Below the pieces are notes generated by a model that was not told where the DNA came from, ran no database searches, and saw only the letters and a list, made by a program, of their open reading frames with translations. Both the position numbers and the translations under genes were made by a program. A DNA stretch of 64,000 bases. It comes from Alphaproteobacteria bacterium. GTDB taxonomy: Bacteria; Pseudomonadota; Alphaproteobacteria; UBA7887. The stretch lies in contig CBDCGL010000011.1 of NCBI GenBank assembly GCA_965216755.1, positions 512,001-576,000 on the forward strand. Direction: 5' to 3'. This document shows, piece after piece, positions 60,283 to 64,000 of the stretch. Position 1 is the stretch's first letter. Each line of letters begins with the position of its first letter.

Positions 60283-61189
60283 GGCGGGACCCGCCGACGG
60301 GGCCCGGTGTGGCTTCGTCGCCTTGCTTGGTGCGCCGAATGCCGGAAAGTCGACTTTGCTCAATCAATTGGTTGGTGCCAAGGTGTCGATCGTGACACCG
60401 AAGGTGCAGACCACGCGCAGTCGGGTATTGGGCATTACGATTTGCCGATCGAGCCAAATCGTTTTTGTCGACACACCTGGGATATTCGCGCCCAAGAAAC
60501 GGCTGGAGCGGGCCATGGTCCAGGCGGCATGGAGTGGCGCGCGGGATGCTGACTTGATTGTCGTTATGGTCGACGCGCAGTCCGGCATTACTAAGGATAC
60601 AGAGCGCATTTTCGATGGCCTACGCGAGCGTCGACAGCCGCAAATTTGCGCTGTAAATAAAATCGATCTTGTGCCGCGCCCGTCGCTGCTGACCCTTGCC
60701 GGGCGCGTCGATCAGACCGCGCTGTTCTCCGAGATCTTTATGATATCGGCCTTGAGCGGCGATGGTGTCGGGGACTTGCGGAACCACTTGGCGGCGCGGG
60801 TTCCATCGGGGCCGTGGCTCTATCCGGAGGATCAGATGGCTGACATGCCGATGCGCCTTCTGGCCGCCGAGATCACGCGAGAAAAGCTCTTTCTCGCGCT
60901 GCGCCAGGAATTGCCCTATGCGACCGCCGTCGAGGCCGAGGGGTGGACCGAACGTGACGACGGTAGCGTGCGGATCGATCAAGTGGTTTATGTTCAGCGT
61001 CAGAGCCAGAAGAAAATCGTATTGGGCAGGGCGGGCGCGCAGATCAAAGACATCGGCAGTGCCGCGCGGCGCGAGCTTGAGGGCATGTTTGGTCGCCGCG
61101 TGCATCTGTTCATTCATGTCAAGGTCCGCGAAAATTGGATCGACGATCCCGAGCGCTATCGCGATTTGGGTTTAGATTTCAACGTATAA
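60266..61189 (+). CDS. era: GTPase Era
   Basis: GAPNAGKST, QTTR, DTPG and NKID motifs; KH domain (ELPY). Confidence 0.97.
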   Translation: MVTTRKAGPADGARCGFVALLGAPNAGKSTLLNQLVGAKVSIVTPKVQTTRSRVLGITICRSSQIVFVDTPGIFAPKKRLERAMVQAAWSGARDADLIVVMVDAQSGITKDTERIFDGLRERRQPQICAVNKIDLVPRPSLLTLAGRVDQTALFSEIFMISALSGDGVGDLRNHLAARVPSGPWLYPEDQMADMPMRLLAAEITREKLFLALRQELPYATAVEAEGWTERDDGSVRIDQVVYVQRQSQKKIVLGRAGAQIKDIGSAARRELEGMFGRRVHLFIHVKVRENWIDDPERYRDLGLDFNV

Positions 61190-61190
61190 G

Positions 61191-61360
61191 CTAGAGCAGT
61201 GTCCGATAATATTAAATCAATTCTGTTCGCGGCCCGGCGGGCGACCACATTGTCGGACGACTTGCCCGACGCGCCAGCATCGCGCTGCGCCGCCCTTCGC
61301 GTGGATCGCCACGCCGGGCCGCGAACAGAATTGATTTAATATTATCGGACACTGCTCTAG
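61191..61360. mobile_element. Miniature inverted-repeat transposable element (MITE), 170 bp, CTAG at both ends
   Basis: 61191-61239 is the exact reverse complement of 61312-61360 (49 bp). The core is GC-rich with small hairpins and no ORF. Confidence 0.85.
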
Positions 61361-61364
61361 GGCT

Positions 61365-62078
61365 ATGGAATGGCAGGACGAGGCCGTCATTCTCTCAGCC
61401 AGACGCCATGGCGAGAACGCGGCGATCGTCCATGCGATGACCTCCGCTCATGGTCGCCATGCCGGCTTGGTCAGGGGCGGGACCGGCCGGCGACTGCGCG
61501 GTGTCTTGCAGCCCGGCAATCAAATCACCTGCGTCTGGCGCGGCCGTATGGCCGAGCAGCTGGGCAGCTATGCAATTGAGCTGACACGGGCGCGCGCGGC
61601 GGCGATTTTGGAGGATCGGGCGCGCCTTGCGTGTCTGAGTGCGATTTGCGCGATGTTGGAAGCGCATCTCCCGGAACGTGAACCGCACCAGCCGCTCTAC
61701 GCGGCGACCGTCGCCATGCTCGACACGCTTGAGACAGCCGACCTGTGGCCCGCGGTATACGTACGGTGGGAACTCGGTTTGCTGAACGAGCTCGGTTTCG
61801 GGCTCGATCTGTCACATTGTGCGGCGACCGGCGCCACGGAAAACTTGGTCTGGGTTTCTCCAAAGTCAGGCCGGGCGGTCTCGGAGGCTGCCGGAGCGCC
61901 TTATCGCGGACGTCTGCTGTCGTTGCCCGGCTTCTTGATCGGCTCCGGCGAAGCAAAGTTGGAGGCGATTCGCGATGGTCTGAAGCTGACCGGCCATTTC
62001 CTTGAATTGCATGCGCCTCATCCGGCCGCGCGTGATCGTTTGCACGCACAATTGACACATTTTACCAGCGTGCCGTGA
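61365..62078 (+). CDS. recO: DNA repair protein RecO
   Basis: [19 protein letters not shown] and [24 protein letters not shown] motifs. Confidence 0.95.
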   Translation: MEWQDEAVILSARRHGENAAIVHAMTSAHGRHAGLVRGGTGRRLRGVLQPGNQITCVWRGRMAEQLGSYAIELTRARAAAILEDRARLACLSAICAMLEAHLPEREPHQPLYAATVAMLDTLETADLWPAVYVRWELGLLNELGFGLDLSHCAATGATENLVWVSPKSGRAVSEAAGAPYRGRLLSLPGFLIGSGEAKLEAIRDGLKLTGHFLELHAPHPAARDRLHAQLTHFTSVP

Positions 62079-62139
62079 GCTTGCGCCGCGTCGCTTCCCG
62101 CATTGTCACCCGACAGACGACTTGTGCTATGAACGGGCC

Positions 62140-64000
62140 ATGAGCAGCAAGACCAAACGAGATGATCCGCCAGCAATCCGGCCGGCACCATTGATTGACG
62201 CGCTGAGCGAACGCTATGTCGCCTATGCGCTGTCGACCATCATGTCCCGCTCGCTGCCGGACGTGCGCGATGGTTTGAAGCCGGTCCATCGGCGGTTGCT
62301 TTATGCCATGCGCGTACTGCGCCTGGATCCGCGTTCGGGCTTCAAGAAGTGTGCCCGCGTCGTTGGCGATGTCATCGGCAAGTTCCATCCCCACGGCGAC
62401 ACGGCCGTGTACGACGCGTTGGTGCGGTTGGCCCAGGATTTTGCCGCGCGATATCCGTTGGTGGAAGGCCAAGGCAATTTCGGCAATATCGACGGCGATA
62501 ACGCGGCGGCTATGCGCTACACCGAAGCGCGGTTGACCGAGGTCGCCGAGGCGCTGCTTGAGGGCATCGACGAAGACACGGTCGATTTCCGCGATACCTA
62601 TGACGGTGAGGATTCGGAACCCGTCGTGTTACCGGCGGCCTTTCCGAACCTACTGGCCAATGGCGCCAGTGGTATCGCGGTGGGCATGGCGACCAGTATT
62701 CCGCCTCATAATGTCGACGAAATCTGCGGCGCGCTTTTGCACCTGTTGAAGTCGCCGAACGCGCGCACGGAAAGTCTGGTCAAACATGTGCCGGGGCCTG
62801 ATTTCCCCACCGGTGGCATCTTGGTCGAACCACGCGAGTCGGTCATTCAGGCCTATGAGACAGGCCGCGGTGCGTTCCGGCTGCGGTGTAAATGGCAGGT
62901 CGAACGACTCAAGCACAGTCAGTATCACATCGTCGTCACCGAGATCCCATATCAGGTCACCAAAGCCCGGCTGATTGAAAAGGTCGCCGAACAGATGTCG
63001 GCCCGCAAGCTGCCGTGGCTCGCGGATATCCGGGACGAGTCGGCCGAAGACGTGCGGATCGTGTTGGAGCCAAAGTCGCGCGGCATCGAGCCCGAGGCAT
63101 TGATGGAAACGCTGTTCCGGCTCACCGATTTCGAGGTCCGCGTCTCGTTGAACCTGAACGTGCTCGACGCCGATCACGTGCCGCGCGTGATGTCGCTGCG
63201 CGAGGCGTTGCAAGCGTTTATCGATCACCGTTTTGTCGTCCTACAGCGTCGCAGCCGATTTCGCCTCGACAAGATCGAGCGTCGCCTTGAGATCTTGGAT
63301 GGGTTGCTCATTGCCTATCTCAATATCGACGAGGTGATCCGGATCATTCGCGAGGAGGACGATCCCAAGGCGGAAATGATCGCGCGCTGGGATCTGACCG
63401 ATTTGCAAGCGGAATCAATCCTCAACATGCGTCTGCGCAATCTGCGCAAACTGGAAGAATTCGAGATCCGCAAGGAGCACAAGGCGCTCAAGAAAGAACG
63501 GACCGAACTCAAGGCTTTGTTGCGCGATTCGGGCAAACAACGCAAGGTGATCGAGGGTGAGTTTCGGGAGATTCGCAAATCATTCGGCGCGAAAACCGAA
63601 CTCGGTCGTCGGCGTACGGAGATCGGCGACGCACCTTCTGCCGAGGTGATCCCCATCGACGCCATGATTGTTGCCGAGCCGGTCACGGTCGTTTGTTCGG
63701 AGAAGGGCTGGATTCGTGTGGTCAAAGGCCATATCGAGCCGGACGCCGAACTGAAATTCAAGGACGGCGATCGCGACCGCTTCCGCCTGCACGCCAAGAC
63801 CAACGACCGCATCGTGGTTTTCGCCACCAATGGCCGATTCTATACGCTGGCGTGTGAACGCCTGCCGGGCGGTCGTGGCTTGGGCGAGCCCTTGCGGATG
63901 ATGATTGACCTCGGCAACGATCATGACGTGGTCACCCTCATGGTGCATCGATCCGGCCGCGGCCTGTTGGTCGCGTCCTCGGAAGGGCGCGGATTCGTGG
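62140..64000 (+). CDS. parC: DNA topoisomerase IV subunit A (runs off the window end; absent from the ORF track)
   Basis: Manual translation from ATG 62140 gives [49 protein letters not shown] and AAAMRYTE. Confidence 0.93.
   Translation, partial: MSSKTKRDDPPAIRPAPLIDALSERYVAYALSTIMSRSLPDVRDGLKPVHRRLLYAMRVLRLDPRSGFKKCARVVGDVIGKFHPHGDTAVYDALVRLAQDFAARYPLVEGQGNFGNIDGDNAAAMRYTEARLTEVAEALLEGIDEDTVDFRDTYDGEDSEPVVLPAAFPNLLANGASGIAVGMATSIPPHNVDEICGALLHLLKSPNARTESLVKHVPGPDFPTGGILVEPRESVIQAYETGRGAFRLRCKWQVERLKHSQYHIVVTEIPYQVTKARLIEKVAEQMSARKLPWLADIRDESAEDVRIVLEPKSRGIEPEALMETLFRLTDFEVRVSLNLNVLDADHVPRVMSLREALQAFIDHRFVVLQRRSRFRLDKIERRLEILDGLLIAYLNIDEVIRIIREEDDPKAEMIARWDLTDLQAESILNMRLRNLRKLEEFEIRKEHKALKKERTELKALLRDSGKQRKVIEGEFREIRKSFGAKTELGRRRTEIGDAPSAEVIPIDAMIVAEPVTVVCSEKGWIRVVKGHIEPDAELKFKDGDRDRFRLHAKTNDRIVVFATNGRFYTLACERLPGGRGLGEPLRMMIDLGNDHDVVTLMVHRSGRGLLVASSEGRGFV

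Overview
A GC-rich (roughly 60% by eye) chromosomal window from an alphaproteobacterium, most like Rhodospirillales judging by gene order and protein style. Most of it is core genome: gor, class II DAHP synthase, pncB, nadE, cysS, cimA, trmJ and rpsD; fixR-like SDR, phaC, OmpA, alaC, hom, glpX and recJ; gmd, galU, ugd and pgm; dac, phasin, clpS and clpA; slt, dapA and smpB; udg, NYN, folK, rpoZ, rsh, pdxJ, acpS, lepB, rnc, era, recO and parC. A ~13 kb accessory stretch (about 10.2-23.5 kb) interrupts it. The best candidate for something new is a stand-alone secreted 170-aa protein (12084-12596). It has three exactly spaced 36-aa Asn/Gln/Gly/Val-rich repeats, a C-terminal Cys pair and strong high-expression signals, which fits a functional-amyloid or beta-solenoid filament subunit whose repeat matches neither curli nor Fap. 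Other notable items: a 170-bp MITE with 49-bp perfect inverted repeats inside the rnc-era-recO operon; a ~35-bp inverted repeat bracketing a TetR gene ahead of a signal-peptide, Gln-type haloalkane dehalogenase; a non-CODH molybdenum hydroxylase operon ending in a ubiquitin-like sulfur carrier; an orphan radical SAM gene; a plant-NIC1-type nicotinamidase; paired PhaR boxes at phaC and the phasin; and a candidate sRNA hairpin. I saw no tRNA, rRNA, CRISPR array, integrase or transposase. All calls come from motif recognition by eye; no database searches or folding programs were run.
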